This document shows, piece by piece, positions 11,336 through 26,000 of a stretch of 64,000 nt of DNA (positions within the stretch are counted from its first letter, which is position 1; every line of letters begins with the position of its first letter). The position numbers were made by a program, and so were the translations under genes. Location of the stretch: the NCBI RefSeq assembly GCF_006345805.1, contig NC_043011.1:53022464-53086463 (forward strand). Reading direction: 5' to 3'. The notes under the pieces are model-generated. The model ran no database searches and had not been told where the DNA came from. It saw only the letters and a list, made by a program, of their open reading frames with translations. This DNA is from Octopus sinensis (lineage: Eukaryota).

Positions 11336-14300
11336 TGAAATTTTGGAGGGGACTAGTCAATTATATTGACCCCCAAAAGGATGAAAGGCAAAGCCAAGCT
11401 CAATGGAATTTGAACCCAGAATGTAAAGGCATAAAATGCAGCTAAACATTTTGTTTGGTGTGCTAACAATTCTGCTGGCTCAGCACCTTATTATTAATAA
11501 TAATAATAATAATCCTTTCTATTATAAGCACAAGACCTGAAATTTTGGCAGAGGGAAAATTGATTACATCTACCCCAGTGCTCAACTGGTATTTATTTCA
11601 TCAACCCCAAAAGCAAAGATGACATCGGCGGAATTTGAACCCAGGACGTGAAGATGGATAAAATGCTATTAAGCATTTTGTCCATGTGCTACAGATTCTG
11701 CCAAATTGCTGCTCTACCACAACCACCACCACCACCACCACCAAAAACAACAACAACCCATATGGTGCACTGTGAACTGGATGCTTAGATTTTCAACAGA
11801 AATATCCGAGGGAGCATCAGTGAAAGTGATGAAAACAAATCACAAGATGACTCTTCTAAGTTCCTTAGAAACTAGACACACTGTCTTCCATACGACTCCA
11901 AACTCATCAAATATTTATGGTTATTCTAATTCATGTGTTCCATGAATAGTGTTTTATTCTCTACAAAAGCTCATGCCTTTGTAGAGAATAAAACATTATG
12001 CAAAAAACAAAAAAAAACTAAAAGGAGGACAAACTGAACAAAGTAAATAAAATCGGGGCATTTTAACCACAAATATAATAAATGATGTTCAAAAGCTACG
12101 TAAATTTTATAAACTTTGCAAATTTCCCTCATTTCCCATTTGTTTTAATTACTTGTAGTTTAAATTCAGAGTCAGAAAAATTCTGTTTATGTGTATGTGG
12201 AAAATAACATTACTGTAATTTGTCCAAATGCTTAAATAAAACTTCAAAATTAAATAAATTCATTTTTACACACATCATTATAATGATTGTAATGATGTGG
12301 GTAAGAATGAATTTATTTAATTTTGAAATTTTATTTAAGCATTTGGATAAATTACAGTAATGTTATTTTCCACACATATACACATAAATCTCTCTCTACA
12401 CACACCTCTCTCTCTATCTATCTACACATGTATACACACACACACGTGCTCATGTTCAAGTGAAAATTCAATAATGCACACAATTCTTCTTTGAAGTCCC
12501 CGGTATATACAATTCTGTCATTTAATCTCAGCTAATAGCTCATTTCATACGGTGATATTTAAACAAAATTTAAATATTAATTTACGTCTATTTCATTGAT
12601 TTTACTGCTAATTAGTCTAGTTTCGAGACAAAAATTTCATAAAAGATTTATGTAAGAATCTTTCAAGTTAAGATTTTGAACATTACTTCAATAAAAATAA
12701 ATAAAAAATGTTGAAAAAAAAAAATAAATAAGTTACAGTTGTTTTATGAAACCAATATAAATTCACAATTATTTTAATTGGAACATAGCATTTTAATTAG
12801 AAATTTTTTAGGAAAAGGCAGCTAGTGTTAACATTTGTACACAAGTTGGCACAAATAAACTACAGTCATTTATTTTTGAAAACAATTTTATTGTGAAGTT
12901 TCACATAGTTTTCTGTAGATGCAAATTTGGAATCTACAGAACTTCGACCATGATTCCCTGCTACATGAAATGGCTATTGTATGTAACAATTAGTCAGGGA
13001 ATTTTAACCCTTTAATATTCAGGTTACTCTCTCAAATGTGATTCACACTATTTTTTTAATGAATCATGCATCATCTCGTAGCTTTGAGATTTCAATGATA
13101 TGATTGTTTACTTTTAGACTGACATTATAGGGTAAGTGTGAGAGGCCAGATCTGGCTGGTCTGGACATGAAACAGGTACTTGGGTCAGGCATGGCTAGTC
13201 AAACTGTTTAAAGGTCAAAATATAAGTAAATTTTCAAATTATCTTTCTAAACCATATATCTCATTTACAGCAGCATACCTGTTTCTGTCGTCATTTCATC
13301 TCTCTCTTTCTTTCTTTCCCCTCCTCTCTCTCTCTCTGGCCAGGTAACCATGCACCTCGCGTACAAGATATCTGTTTCTGTCTCTTTGTCTTACTGCAAC
13401 TTTTCATCATCTGACACAAAGTCCCCTCCTCCAACGCCCCAACCCCTGTCAAAGGATCCTTGTCTTGCAAGTTACTTGGTGACCTCGCCTGTGCTGGTGC
13501 CACATAAAAAAAACACTCGGCCCACTCTGCAGAATGGTTGGTGTTAGGAAGAGCATCTGGCCGTAAAAACCATGCCAAAACACACTCAGAAGTCCAGTGC
13601 CTGGCCAGCTCCTGTCAAACCGTCCAACCCATGCCAGCATGGAAGGAGGACATTAGACGATGGTGATAACCCTTTAAATGAAAGTACACCTAAGATGTGT
13701 GTGTATTAATGAAAAAATGCTTAAAAATAGAAGCCATAGTGTAGCTAAAGTTTGAATCATTATTGGGCTATCAAAAGCAGTGAACTGGCAGAATTGTTGG
13801 CACACTGGGCAAAATGCTTAGCAGCATTTCATCCATCTCTACATTCTGAGTTCAAATTCCACAGAGGTCAATGAAATAAATACCAGTCAAGTACTGGGGT
13901 CAACATAATCGACTAGCTCCTGCCCCAAACTGTCAGGCTTTTGCTAAAGGATTATCGAACTATCAAAAACTAGATCTTTAGAGTAATTTATTTCACTCAT
14001 ACTAAAGAACACCCCATTTATTCATCATCACAATGACTTCATTGAATTGTGTTAACCCTATTTATACAAGTTTTTTTTTTAAATATTGGAATATAAGAAG
14101 CCTTAAATTCAAAGATCCTCTGGTTGGTTGAGGTGTTGGACACCTTAACCAAGCAGAAATAACAGTCCATGTATTATATCTCTCCTGTTGTACATTTAAA
14201 AATCTAGATATATTTAAAACTGCAAAAATTTAGATTCAGATGAATATAGTACTTAGGTTGAGGCACCAGAATTTAGTGCGGTATTATCCAAACAGTTTCA

Positions 14301-14348
14301 AAATAAGGTGATTAAAATCAAAATAAGCAACAAGGATATCCAGAGGTA

Positions 14349-14436
14349 ATGCAGTACGATCATTTCACGCAACTCCACTTAATTGAACAATGCAACCATT
14401 ACATCAGTTTAAATGCAAAGCAATCCTCAGCTGCAC
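14349..14436 (-). ncRNA. Minimal type I hammerhead ribozyme motif
   Basis: GUGCAG-CUGAGGA-U[stem II]U-GAAA-U-GAUC-GUA/CUGCAU. Stem I is 6 bp; 15.2 is U (wobble). Predicted cut 14355/14354. Confidence 0.6.
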
Positions 14437-14918
14437 AAAGACAGAATTTAATTAAATTAAAACAGATGGACACAGTATAATTTTACCTGAAATCTCCAAG
14501 AAGTTAAGGAGATAGACAAAGAACATGCTGCCTTCACTTCAGCTTAGAAGCTACTAAGGTATCAGGAAAAAAGACTTGTTACAGATTTTGCTTGTCACTG
14601 TTTTATGGGGTCAGTTTTAATTTATAGACTAGTTTTATCAAATCCTTGTATATCTAAGGCCCAAGAGAACAGGGACAGTGTCTGTTAGGGGTAAGGCTGA
14701 GGGAGTCGACAGAAATCATAGTGGGTATAGTTATAAAAAACAATCAAGATTTATTAGAAGCAATATCATGAGATTTGGTAGAGGAAAACTTATATCAGGA
14801 TGTTAGCTGACAATTAAAGGGGCCGGACACTAACAGACCATTGATAATGAAACAGGGGAAATATTATCATGTAGTACTATACTTAAATATTATAAATTTA
14901 ATTAAATTCTAAGTCTTT

Positions 14919-15007
14919 GTGCAACTGAGGATTGCTCTGCATTTAAAATTGATGTAATGGTTGCATTGTTCGATTAAATGGAGTTGCATGAAACGATCGT
15001 ACTGCAT
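14919..15007 (+). ncRNA. Minimal type I hammerhead ribozyme motif
   Basis: GUGCAA-CUGAGGA-U[stem II]U-GAAA-C-GAUC-GUA/CUGCAU. Stem III is the perfect palindrome ACGAUCGU; there is an A.C mismatch at 2.1-1.1. Predicted cut 15001/15002. Confidence 0.6.
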
Positions 15008-15834
15008 TACCTCTGAATATCCTTGTTTATTTTGATTATATTTAAAATTGTATAGAAATTTAAGTGTTCCAAGTATTTACAGTAGAATTCTGTGAAGTTT
15101 GTATTGTGGGGTTAGGATATTCTGAAATGCAGGATACTTGAATGATGCAAGGTGCAGAGCAGGTAACTTGCATAGGAAAGCAGTACAAAAATAAATATGT
15201 TGCATTACAACAAAACTATATATATATATCATCATCATCATCATCATCGTTTAACGTCTGCTTTCCATGCTAGCATGGGTTGGACGATTTCACTGAGGAC
15301 TGGTGAACCAGATGGCTGCACCAGGCTATATAAAATAAACATATATCAGAAAAGAAGCACAGTCTAAAGAAATACATATATGTGGCACATAAAAAGCACC
15401 ATCCGAATTGTGGCCGAAGCCAGTGCCGCCTCGACTGGCTTCCGTGCAGGTGGCACGTAAAATGCACCCACTACACTCACGGAGTGGGTGGCATTAGGAA
15501 GGGCATCCAGCTGTAGAAACATTGCCAGATAAGACCGGAGCCTGGTGCAGCCTTCTGGCTTCCCAGATCCCCGGTTGAACTGTCCAACCCATGCTAGCAT
15601 GGAGAACGGACGTTAAACGATGATGATGATGATGATGATATATTTAAATTTCTATGCTTCTTTTTGGCATCAATCAGGATAAAGAGTGTTGCTATGACCT
15701 ATTCTAACTTTACATAGTGTGGAGTGATAGATATTAATAGTATTGTTCTCAGTACTGCATACATCTCTATGTAAAGTTAGAATAGGCCATAACACAGTTT
15801 ATCCCAATTGATGCCAAAAAGAAGCATAGAAATT

Positions 15835-15894
<60 letters not shown>

Positions 15895-16639
15895 CGTATT
15901 TCTTTAGAGTGTGCTTTTTTCTGATAGTTTTATTATATATATATATATACATATATAGTTTTGTTATAATGCAACTCATTCATAATGTTACAACAATAGA
16001 CAATTCATTATAGAACATTTATATAACAGATAAACTACAATGCTTAAAATTCAATATAGCATATACAATAAAGTCACATCAACTGCCACAGGTTAAGTGG
16101 GTTTTTTTTTCCAGTAATCAATCCTTAATGTCTTTCATCTTGTCAACCATACACACAACTAACTGCCCCACCACATACTTTTGGATCTCTTTGTATTTTT
16201 ATTGGAAGAGGAGTTTACTTGTACTAATAGTTTTGTATTTCGTATTAACAATGTCCTCGCTTCTCTCTAACACCAATATCATCACAGAATAGCATACAGC
16301 AGTGTAATGTATGGCCTCAGAACAATCAGGCGAAAGTATCTGTGGAAGCTGAAAGACACCTTCATAAAATGTGGTTTCAGAAGTATTAGTTCATGTATAC
16401 AACAAGAGGGAAGAGAAGGTAGAGGCTTTTAAGAGAGGCCAAGTGCGAATTATGACAAGACAACAACCTACTGTAAGCAATAGACCAGATCAGTGAATGG
16501 CGCAATGCTCCAAGATGGAAGACACTATACTGGTAAAATAGTACTATAGGTAAAAATCATTAAAGCTAAGAAACAGGTCTACAAAGATTAAAGGGGATTA
16601 GTGAAGATAAACAGGGTAATACCTATTTCTTTACTAACC

Positions 16640-16855
16640 CACAAGGGGTTAAACACAGAGGGGGCAAACAAGGACAGACAAATGGATTAAGTCAATTACA
16701 TCGACCCCAGTGCGTAACTGGTACTTAATTTATCGACCCCAAAAGGATGAAAGGCAAAGTCGACTTCGGCAGAATTTGAACTCAGAACGTAACGGCAGAC
16801 GAAATATGGCTACGCATTTCGCCCGGCGTGCTAACGATTCTGCCAGCTCGCTACC
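16640..16855 (-). mobile_element. Family C SINE with Deu/Nin-like central domain
   Basis: GGCAGAATCGTTAGCAC...GAGTTCAAATTC head and GCCTTTCATCCTTTTGGGGTCGATAAA core. Further copies at about 11340-11710, 13785-13930, 25080-25200, 43730-43860, 49200-49600 and 55770-57560. Confidence 0.7.
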
Positions 16856-17688
16856 ATTAGTAGGAGAGGCTGGGAAGGTGAAAGGGGGGGGGGGTAAAGA
16901 GCAGAGTCAGAAAGGAACGGACGGTAAGCTAAGAAATGTTAGTATGAGTTTAAGGTACTTGCAAGGTGGTAGAAGGAATGAACAGGTAGAAGAAATTGAC
17001 AATTGAGAAATTAGCGATGGAGAGACAAAAAGCTAAAGATGGCGAAAAAATGGAAAAATGATAAGCTGAAGCTGTATGGAGGGGCAAGGTTTTAATAGAG
17101 TACAGGAACTCTGAGGAGGTCCTTCGAAATCCTTTTTTAACACTTTCGTTACTGCATTTATTTTGAGATGCTCTGTGTTTCTTTCAATTACTTTAAATAT
17201 AACAAAGAATTTAGTAAAATAATTTAGTTATCATTAAGCTAGTGTTAGGAACATAAATTGTGACTAAGGTTTGGTGGAAGATTTTAATCGAAAACTTATG
17301 AAAACAAGACATTTGTATTCAGAACCAGAGCCGGTTTCAGCCAGGTTGGTAACGACCCTACCCATTACTTTTAAAGTTTAAAGGTTCAAAAGTTTGGATT
17401 AAAAAAAAAAATTTCAAAACCTCCCCCGAGTTTCTTGGGGTAATACAGACACTACACTTTATCCCACGCCTTTCACCTTCCCAACTGCTCCTATTAAAGG
17501 CGTTACCCTGTCGTCTATCTGCACAGCCACACCCTGTTGACTCAAACCAGCCATTTACATCAGATGCTCTCAATCAATATAATAATTATATGATTAGGCC
17601 AATTCCAAACAGAGGTTTTGTATAGCAATTCCACAGCCCTGATCCCAACACAGATCATAGTAATAAAGAATGACATTAGAATACTTAC

Positions 17689-17744
17689 GTTTTCCAATAA
17701 TGGTAAATATCATTTAGATTAGTTGCAGAACTCTTTGAGACAGG
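17689..17744 (-). CDS. NOLC1: Nopp140/NOLC1 coding exon 2
   Basis: Acceptor ttttattctatttcag, then PVSKSSATNLNDIYHYWK+AC, then a GTAAGT donor (phase 0 to 2). It matches the Nopp140 LLDIYSFW motif. Confidence 0.9.
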
Positions 17745-18197
17745 CTGAAATAGAATAAAACAGAAATTAACAACCACCATCCTATCAAGAAAAAAACTTA
17801 CATCGGTGATCACAAAATATGCAAGAGTAAAAAATGGTAACGGAGAGAGAAGAGTCATTAACAGATAGACATAAATGAAATGAAAAGGAACTGATTTTTG
17901 AAAGAAAACCAAGTAAAACTACCATATCTGGAGGGGGAGGATGGAACTTCTCATATGTTTCTATGGAAACATTAGGCGTAGGAGTGGTTGTGTGGTAAGT
18001 AGCTAGGCGTAGGAGTGGCTGAATCGTAAGTAGCTTGCTTACGAACCACATGATTCTGGGTTCAGTCCCACTGCATGTCACCTTGGACTAGTGTCTTCTA
18101 CTATAGCCTCAGGCTGACCAAAGCCTTGTGAGTGGATTTGGCAGACGGAAACTGAAAGAAGCCCGTCGTATATATGTATATATATATATATATATAT

Positions 18198-18245
<48 letters not shown>

Positions 18246-20329
18246 GTATGTGTGAGTATGTTTGTGTTTGTCCCCCCAACATTGCTTGACAACTGATGCT
18301 GGTGTGTTTATGTCCCCGTAACTTAGCGGTTCGGCAAAAAAGATCGATAAAATAAGTACTAGGTTTACAAAGAATAAGTCCTGGGGTCGATTTGCTCGAC
18401 TAAAGGCAGTGCTCCAGCATGGCCACAGTCAAATGACTGAAACAAGTAAAAGATTACTCTTCTATTATAATTCCACCCGCATCTAGGATTCTTTAACCCT
18501 TTATCATTTAAACTGACCATAATATGCTACCCATTTTAAGTTCAAGCTAGCCAGATCTAGCCTATTACACCTGCCCTTCAATGCCATTATAAAATATACA
18601 ATCCCATCATCAAAATTTCAAAGCTACAAAATAATGCAAGATTAATTTATTCTTTTACTTGTTTCAGCCATTTGACTGCGGCCATGCTGGAGCACCACCT
18701 TTAGTTGAACAAATCGATCCCAGGACTTATTCTCTGTAAGCCTAGTACTTATTTTATCGCTCTTCTTTGTCGAACCGCTAAGTTACGGGAACGTAAACAC
18801 ACCAACATCAGTTGTCAAGCGATGGTGGGGGGACAAACACAGACACACAAGACAGGCTTCTTTCAGTTTCCGTCTACCAAATCCACTTACAAGGCTTTGA
18901 AAGAAGCCTTTCGTGTGTGTGTGTGTGTGTGTGTATGTCCCCCCACCATCGCTTGACAACTGATGTTGGTGTGTTTACGTTCCCATAACTTAGCAGTTCA
19001 ACAAAGAAGATCAATAAAATAAGTACTAGGCTTACAAAGAATAGGTCCTGGGGTCGATTTGCTCGACTAAAGGCGGTGCTCCAGCATGGCCGCAGTCAAA
19101 TGACTGAAGCAAGTAAAAGAGAGAGTATCTCACATATAAAGTGATTTTTACTTGAAGCATCATCTCCATGAGAACTGTGAGTGTGTGTGTGCATGTGTGT
19201 ATATATACAGTGCATTTGTTTATAGTATGTATACACTGGAGGAAAATACAGAGGATACGGAATAGTAGCCAACTGGGAGAAGCTCCAACCAAACAGCTGC
19301 TGTCGCTATCTTTCTCCCAACCTACCACCACCATCATTATCATCATCATCATCATCAGACATAGCAACTCTCCATACTGCTAGTTTTCCTATTAAATGAA
19401 CTAAGTCTATCAAGTTAGGGACATGTAAGCCAGGAGGGGAGTGGGGAGGGGGGGGACAACATTAATGGAAATGATGGAAGTTCAGCCAGTACGAATGGGA
19501 GGATGCAGTTGTAAACAACACACAAGATATGGCGGGGTGGGGCGAGATGGGGGACACACAGACAGAGTTAGATAATACCACACTTCAAAAATTAACACTG
19601 ACCGCCGCCGCTGCCACCACCACCACCACTACCATTATCTTCAAGTTCCACAGCTGTCCCCATGGCAACAGCTACATATAAACACCAAGTTTAGAAAAAT
19701 TTACTTCATCTTTCGCTGGCTGCAATCATTAGACTGTGGCCATGCTGGGGCACCGCCTCGAGGAATCTTAGTCAAACTAATCGACCCCCAATACTTGTGT
19801 TTTTTTAAAGCCTGGTACTTATTCTATCAGTCTCTTTTGCTGAACTGCTGAGACTAGAGTAGAAGACACTTGTCCCAAGTGCCTTACAATGGGACTGAAC
19901 CTGGGACCATGTGGCTGGGAACCAAACTACTTACTATACAGCCCCAATCCTTTCTTTTCAACAACTCCAAAAGCATCTAAACAGTCAGGCTCTTACTATA
20001 AATACATTGCTTATACTGACCAAACTAAATATTTGGTAAAAATTCTTCACGGCAGTGCCCCAGCATGGCCGCAGTCAAATGAGTGAAACACTAACACCAG
20101 TGGCCAAGTGGTGGTGGGGAGGACAAAAGCTTGTTTCAGTTACCATCTGCCAAATCCACTCAAAAGGCTTTGGTCAGCTTGAGGCTATGTAGAAGACACT
20201 TGCCCAATGTGCCATGCAGTGAGATTGAACCCAGAACCATGTGGTTGAGAAGCAAACTTCATACCACACAGCCACACTAAGTATTTATTTACATCCATCT
20301 TCATTCTGAGTTCAAATCTTGCTATGGTC

Positions 20330-20530
20330 AAAGCTGTCACAGTAACTAATATTCTCTCCCCAGTTTCGAATATCTGGAACCACCATTGACACTGGCTTAC
20401 ACTTACTGTCCAACCCCCATATACTGCATCTATATTCCTTACACTACCCATTGTGTTGTTGCCTTTGTTGAACTCATAAAGCAAAATATGCCAAATATGC
20501 TCCTTTGTCACTTCCATTATAGCTTTTGAA
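20330..20530 (-). mobile_element. Mariner transposase N-terminal HTH fragment
   Basis: EHIWHILLYEFNKGNN...RNIDAVYG...VSVSQCQWWFQIFETG. Confidence 0.7.
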
Positions 20531-20704
20531 AAAATAACTTAAAATTGAACTGCACTCTTCTAAACTTGCACTAAGAATAAGAAAAAAGGGAAAATTACCA
20601 CCTTCTTTTATAGCAAGGTTGATGCAGGTAGTTTATCCTGTCCCCCTCTGACTTAGTTCATGCAAGTGAAAAAACTGCATTATTTATGGGATGACCCTAT
20701 GTAA

Positions 20705-21008
20705 AAATCACCATCTAAATCGTGGCCGATGCCAGCGCCGCCTCGACTGGCTTCCGTGCCGGTGGCACGTAAAATGCACCAATCCGACCGTGGCCGTTGC
20801 CAGCCTCGCCTGGCACCTGTGCAGGTGGCACGTAAAAAGCACCCACTACACTCACGGAGTGGTTGGCGTTAGGAAGGGCATCCAGCTGTAGAAACACTGC
20901 CAGATAAGACGAGAGCCTAGTGCAGCCTTCTGGCTTCCCAGATCCCCAGTTGAACCGTCCAACCCATGCTAGCATGGAGAACGGATGTTAAACGATGATG
21001 ATGATGAT
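20705..21008 (+). mobile_element. Family B retroposon with RTE-like tail ending in (GAT)n
   Basis: Internal GGTGGCACGTAAAA repeats, AGGAAGGGCATCCAGC, and the end CATGCTAGCATGGA...AAACGATGATG. Copies at about 8540-8850, 13440-13665, 15235-15640, 22240-22980, 25440-26070, 34610-34770, 39985-40290, 48755-49060 and 56125-56485. Confidence 0.7.
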
Positions 21009-22975
21009 GTGTGTGTGTGTGTGTATGTATATACACATATCTTTGTATATCATTAGCATTTTTAACATCTACATTTCCAGGCTTGCATGGGTCAAATATA
21101 ATTTTTTACAACCATCATGTGATGTCTAGACAACAGTACACACAAACATATATTCTTTTATTTGTGTTCAGTCATTTGACTGCATTAAAGGATTTTAGTC
21201 AAACAAATCGACCCCCAAGACTTATCTTTTGGGCCTAGTACTTATTAAATCAATCTCTTGCTAAATCACTAAGTTATGGGGATGTAAACGCACCAACACC
21301 CATTGTCAAGCGGTGATGGGAGGAGGGGACACACAGACACACACTTATACCTATACAATGGACTTCTTTCAGTTTCCGTCTACCAAATCCACTCAAAAGG
21401 CTTTAGTTAGCCTAGGACTATAGTAGAAGGCACTTGTCCAAGGTGCCACACAGTAGAATTGAACTCAAGACCACATGACTGTGAAGTTAAGAAACCTCAA
21501 AACCATGGCTGCACACACACACACTGTATCTTGTGTGTACAAATAGATATACAACCACTGCTGTTATGTTTGGAGCTCTACATAGAATATCACTATGTTC
21601 CAGTCTGCTTCCAGAATAGTAAAGTAACTTCTATACTAAATAGTTATTACTAGTTATGAAGTACAGAGTAAATGTAGGTAAGAATAAGATAAACAGAAAT
21701 TTATATCATTAGTTCCTATTTACATTTCAGCATCATGGTTGATTGGAACCCAATGCATCATTGGGTGTTCCAAGTGCATTGGGATGCTTAACTAGAACAG
21801 ATCACAAGGGAACAACTTATAAACCTGTTCAATCTTAATTTCTCATTCATATATGTTCTCACTGCTTTCATGGATTCCCATGACTCTTTGTCGCCATCCA
21901 ATTCCATTATTAGGAATTTGAACTGGGAGTTTGAGTAATGGAGAATCTTTCATTAGCTGATTACACAACCATGGATGCCACCCTATGGATGTGTTGAAGT
22001 TACTCTTTTGATAGAGCTTGCTAATCTTGACCATTGGTCTTCTAGGATTTCTCTGTTCAGCATCAATGCAAGAAGCACCATCGACTCAGTTGAGCTCTTC
22101 CACTACTTCTTCACAATCTGCTATGCTGCAATCCCATGACTTTGCTATGCCTTGCCAAAGGGCAGCTTGTAACTATGCAGGTTACAGCTGTCATGCCATG
22201 AAGTATTTTCAAAATACACACATACTCATCTATACGTGAAATCGAAATCTAATTCGATGACTGGCATCTGTGCTAGTGGAGCGCTAAGAGCACCATCCGA
22301 GCGTGATCGTTGCCAGAGCAACAAAACTGGCTTCTGTGCCAGTGGCATGTATAAAAAACACCATTTGAGCATGATCGTTACCTGCATCGCCGTACTGGCA
22401 CTTGTGCTGGTGACATGTGAAAAAACATTCAAGTGAGGTCATTGTCAGTGCTGCTGGACTGGTTTCTGTGCAGGTGGCACATAACAAGCACAATTTGAGC
22501 ATGGCTGTTGCCAGTACCGCCTGACTGGCCTTTGTGCCGGTGGCACGTAAAAGCACCCATGACACCCATGGAGTGGTTGGCATTAGGAAGGGCATCCAGC
22601 TGTAGAAACGACACTCTCGGAGTAGTTGGCGTTAGGAAGGGCATCCAGCTGTAGAAATTCTGTCAGATCAGACTGGGCCTGGTGCAGCCTTCTGGCTTCC
22701 CAGACTCCAGTTGAACCATCCAACCCATGCTAGCATGGAAAGCGGACGCTAAACGATGATGATGATGATGATGAATTACCAACTGGCAACACAAAACAGT
22801 CTTAAGCATTTAAAGCACCCACGACACTCTCGGAGTAGTTGGCGTTAGGAAGGGCATCCAGCTGTAGAAATTCTGTCAGATCAGATTGGAGCCTGGCGCA
22901 GCCATCTGGTTCACCAGACCTCAGTCAAATCGTCCAACCCATGCTAGCATGGAAAGTGCACGTTAAACGATGATG

Positions 22976-23018
<43 letters not shown>

Positions 23019-26000
23019 AACATTTCAATCATTTATTACTTTTGTTTACTCCAAACAAGTCAACACTGCATTTACAGATTAGACAGTGCCTACATTCCAA
23101 CAAAAAGAAGTAACTACCAAATATATCCATGATCAATATCTCACACTACTAATTTCCTTAAAGCCAAACCTAGAAGATACTCCTTTTAAAAACATACTCC
23201 AGTAAACAAGAAAAATCAATATTTTAACATAGAAAAACAATGTGTAGAAAGGACAGCTTTGCAGATCAAAGTTAAATTAGTTTACAATATTAAAACAATA
23301 CCCATCAGTGCATTAGTCTCGGTTCTAGCTCATTAAAATTTAACGACTTTCTAATCAGTAACTCCAAGTTGGAAACGATTTCTAAATCAGAGTGAAAAAA
23401 AATATATAATCTACATGAAAATCTGATGAAAAAAAAATTATGCATATTTTAAAAATGGATTTGTAATTATACTTCATCAGTAATCAATGTCTTCTGAATT
23501 CATGCATATATCATTGCTGCAACTGTTTATTACAACATAAACCAGTATTGAAGTCTACAATTACTGGAAGAACACTACAGCTGTATTAACCCAGTTGCAG
23601 CTACCTGATTATATAAGAATCTGACTAACATATCATCATAGAACATCTATTCTCCATGCTGGCATGGGTTCGACAGGAGCTGGCCAGGCTCCAATTACGT
23701 TTTGGTATGGATACCCTTCCTAATGCCAACCACATTTACAGAATGTACTGGGTGCTTTTAACATGGCACTCCTACCTGTACTCTAAATTCCTTGCCAACT
23801 TTCACCTTACTGATAGCATCCCTAACCATTCATTTATCCCTAGCTTCTGCATTGCCCACCAGATAAGGGAGTGGGGAACCCACTCAAAGGGCTTTCTCCA
23901 TGTCAACAAAAGCCAAATACAAAGGTTTATTTTTGGCTAAATCTCTTGCAGAACTTCACTAAGAAGATAGCAGCAGTAGTACTTCTCCCTGGCACAAAAC
24001 CAGACTGCATCTCATCTAGGCTAACTCTCTTCCTAATTAAATGAGCCATGACCCATTCTGTAACTTTCATCACCTGGTCCAGTAATTTGGCAACATAAAT
24101 AAACACATTTCTGTTATCATCATCATTGCTTTAATGTCCATTTTGTTTTAAGCAGATTTCTAAATCAGGATGCCCTTTCTCTTACAATGCTTCATGTTTC
24201 CAAGCAAGGTAATATTGCCCCTCGGAGCCAGACATCTTTCCACAGAATATTGCAAATGAATGACATTCATTTATGACTATCACGCAATGTCAAGACAAGA
24301 CACACACACACATACATGATAAGCTTCTTTCAGTTTCCACCTACCAAATTCACTCACAAGGCTTTGCTTGGCTTGAGGCTTTATTTGAAGACACTTACCC
24401 AACATGCCATAAAGTAGGACTGAACTTGAAACCATGTAGTTAGGAAGCAAACCACACAGCTACACCATATAAAATCTGTTGCTAGTATAGGATAGTAAAT
24501 GGCAGAATTGGTAGCATGGTGACTAAAATATCTTGTGGTCAATTCACCTTGGGTCCTGAGTATAAACTCAGTCCGGGCTGACTTAACTTTTCATACATCC
24601 AAAGACCTTACAACAAGAACCAGCAGAGGACTAGGATCATTACAATTGACTATCGGTATGCCAGCATGGCCCAAAATCCAGTGACTAAGCCTAATAAATG
24701 AGTAATTAGGTAATCAAAAGTCAATTAAAATTATTACTCAAGTAATGAATGCAGGTGTGGATGCATACTAAGAAGTTTGCTTCTCAACATGGTCCCCAGA
24801 TTCAGCCCCACTGTGTGGTACCAAAGATAAGGTGGTTTCTACAATAGCCCCGGGTTGACCAAAGCCCTATAAGTAGATTTGGTAGACAGAGACTAAAAGA
24901 AACCAGTTGCATAGGCACATGTGTATGTGTAGGTTTGTGTTTCCTTATCTCGACATGGTACGATAGTTGTAGATGAGCGTTCTGCCATACAAGCAGTGTA
25001 ATTCACTCCCAGTATTCTGCAAAAATATGCATGGTTTAGGGGAAATATTACTTTACTTAAAAATAGTAATCAAATGGTAGTTATTTTATTGACCCCAAAA
25101 GGATGAAAAGTGAATCCCATTGGGATTTGAATTCAGAATACGAAGGCAGACGATATGCCACTAAGCATTTTACCTGGTGCACTAACGATTCTGCAATATC
25201 ATACCATTTACTGTAACTGAAAATAACACAAAACAGCTGGGTTGCCATATGTAGTCAAACAGCCTTATATGACCATGGGCTAAACAGGCCCATTTTATCC
25301 CTTTTATAATACACTGTTCATAAATTTAGAAGCAATCAGAGGGAGTTGGTCTGAGATCAGGTGAAATATGTCTTTGCATTCATGTTTTTTTTGTTGTGCT
25401 TCTCCTTGTGCTGACCAAAGCCTTGAGAGAAATTTGGCTGTGGAAACTCTATGGAAGCCACCGTGGGTCAGCATGGATGCATAAAAAGCACCCAGCACAC
25501 TAGAGTAGCTGGTGTTAGGAAGGGCATCCAGCCATAGAAACCAAGCCAAAACAGCCAGTCGGAGCCAGGACAGCTCTCCAGTTCCTGTCAAACTTTTCAA
25601 CCCATGCTAGTATAGAAACAGATGTTAAACAATGATGATGATTTGGTCATTAGCATGAAGCCATGCTGGAGCATCAATTTGAACAATTTAGTCTTTTGTA
25701 TTGATCCTAGTACATTTCTTCCCCCTAAAAGTTTGGCACGATCTCAGGATGCTGAATCTTTCAGATCAGATGACCGAAATACCTGGCACCTTGCTGTACT
25801 CAAGAAGACCCGTCTTCTACAGCAGAAGTGTTAAGGTCACATCCCAGGTGAACAGGATTGGCCAACAAGAGTTCTGTGTTGGTTCCACAATAAAAGTACA
25901 CAGCACACACTGTAGAGTGGTTGGTGTTAGGAAGGGCATCCAGCTGTAGAAACCAAGCCAAATAAGACTGAAACATGGTGTAACTCTCTGGCTTGCCAAT

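Larger units (their letters stand above)
14322..15031. mobile_element. Inverted repeat pair (about 135-bp arms, about 435-bp spacer), Penelope pLTR-like
   Basis: About 14322-14458 is the reverse complement of about 14895-15031. Each arm contains a minimal hammerhead motif. No coding remnant was recognised, so the Penelope assignment is inference. Confidence 0.55.
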
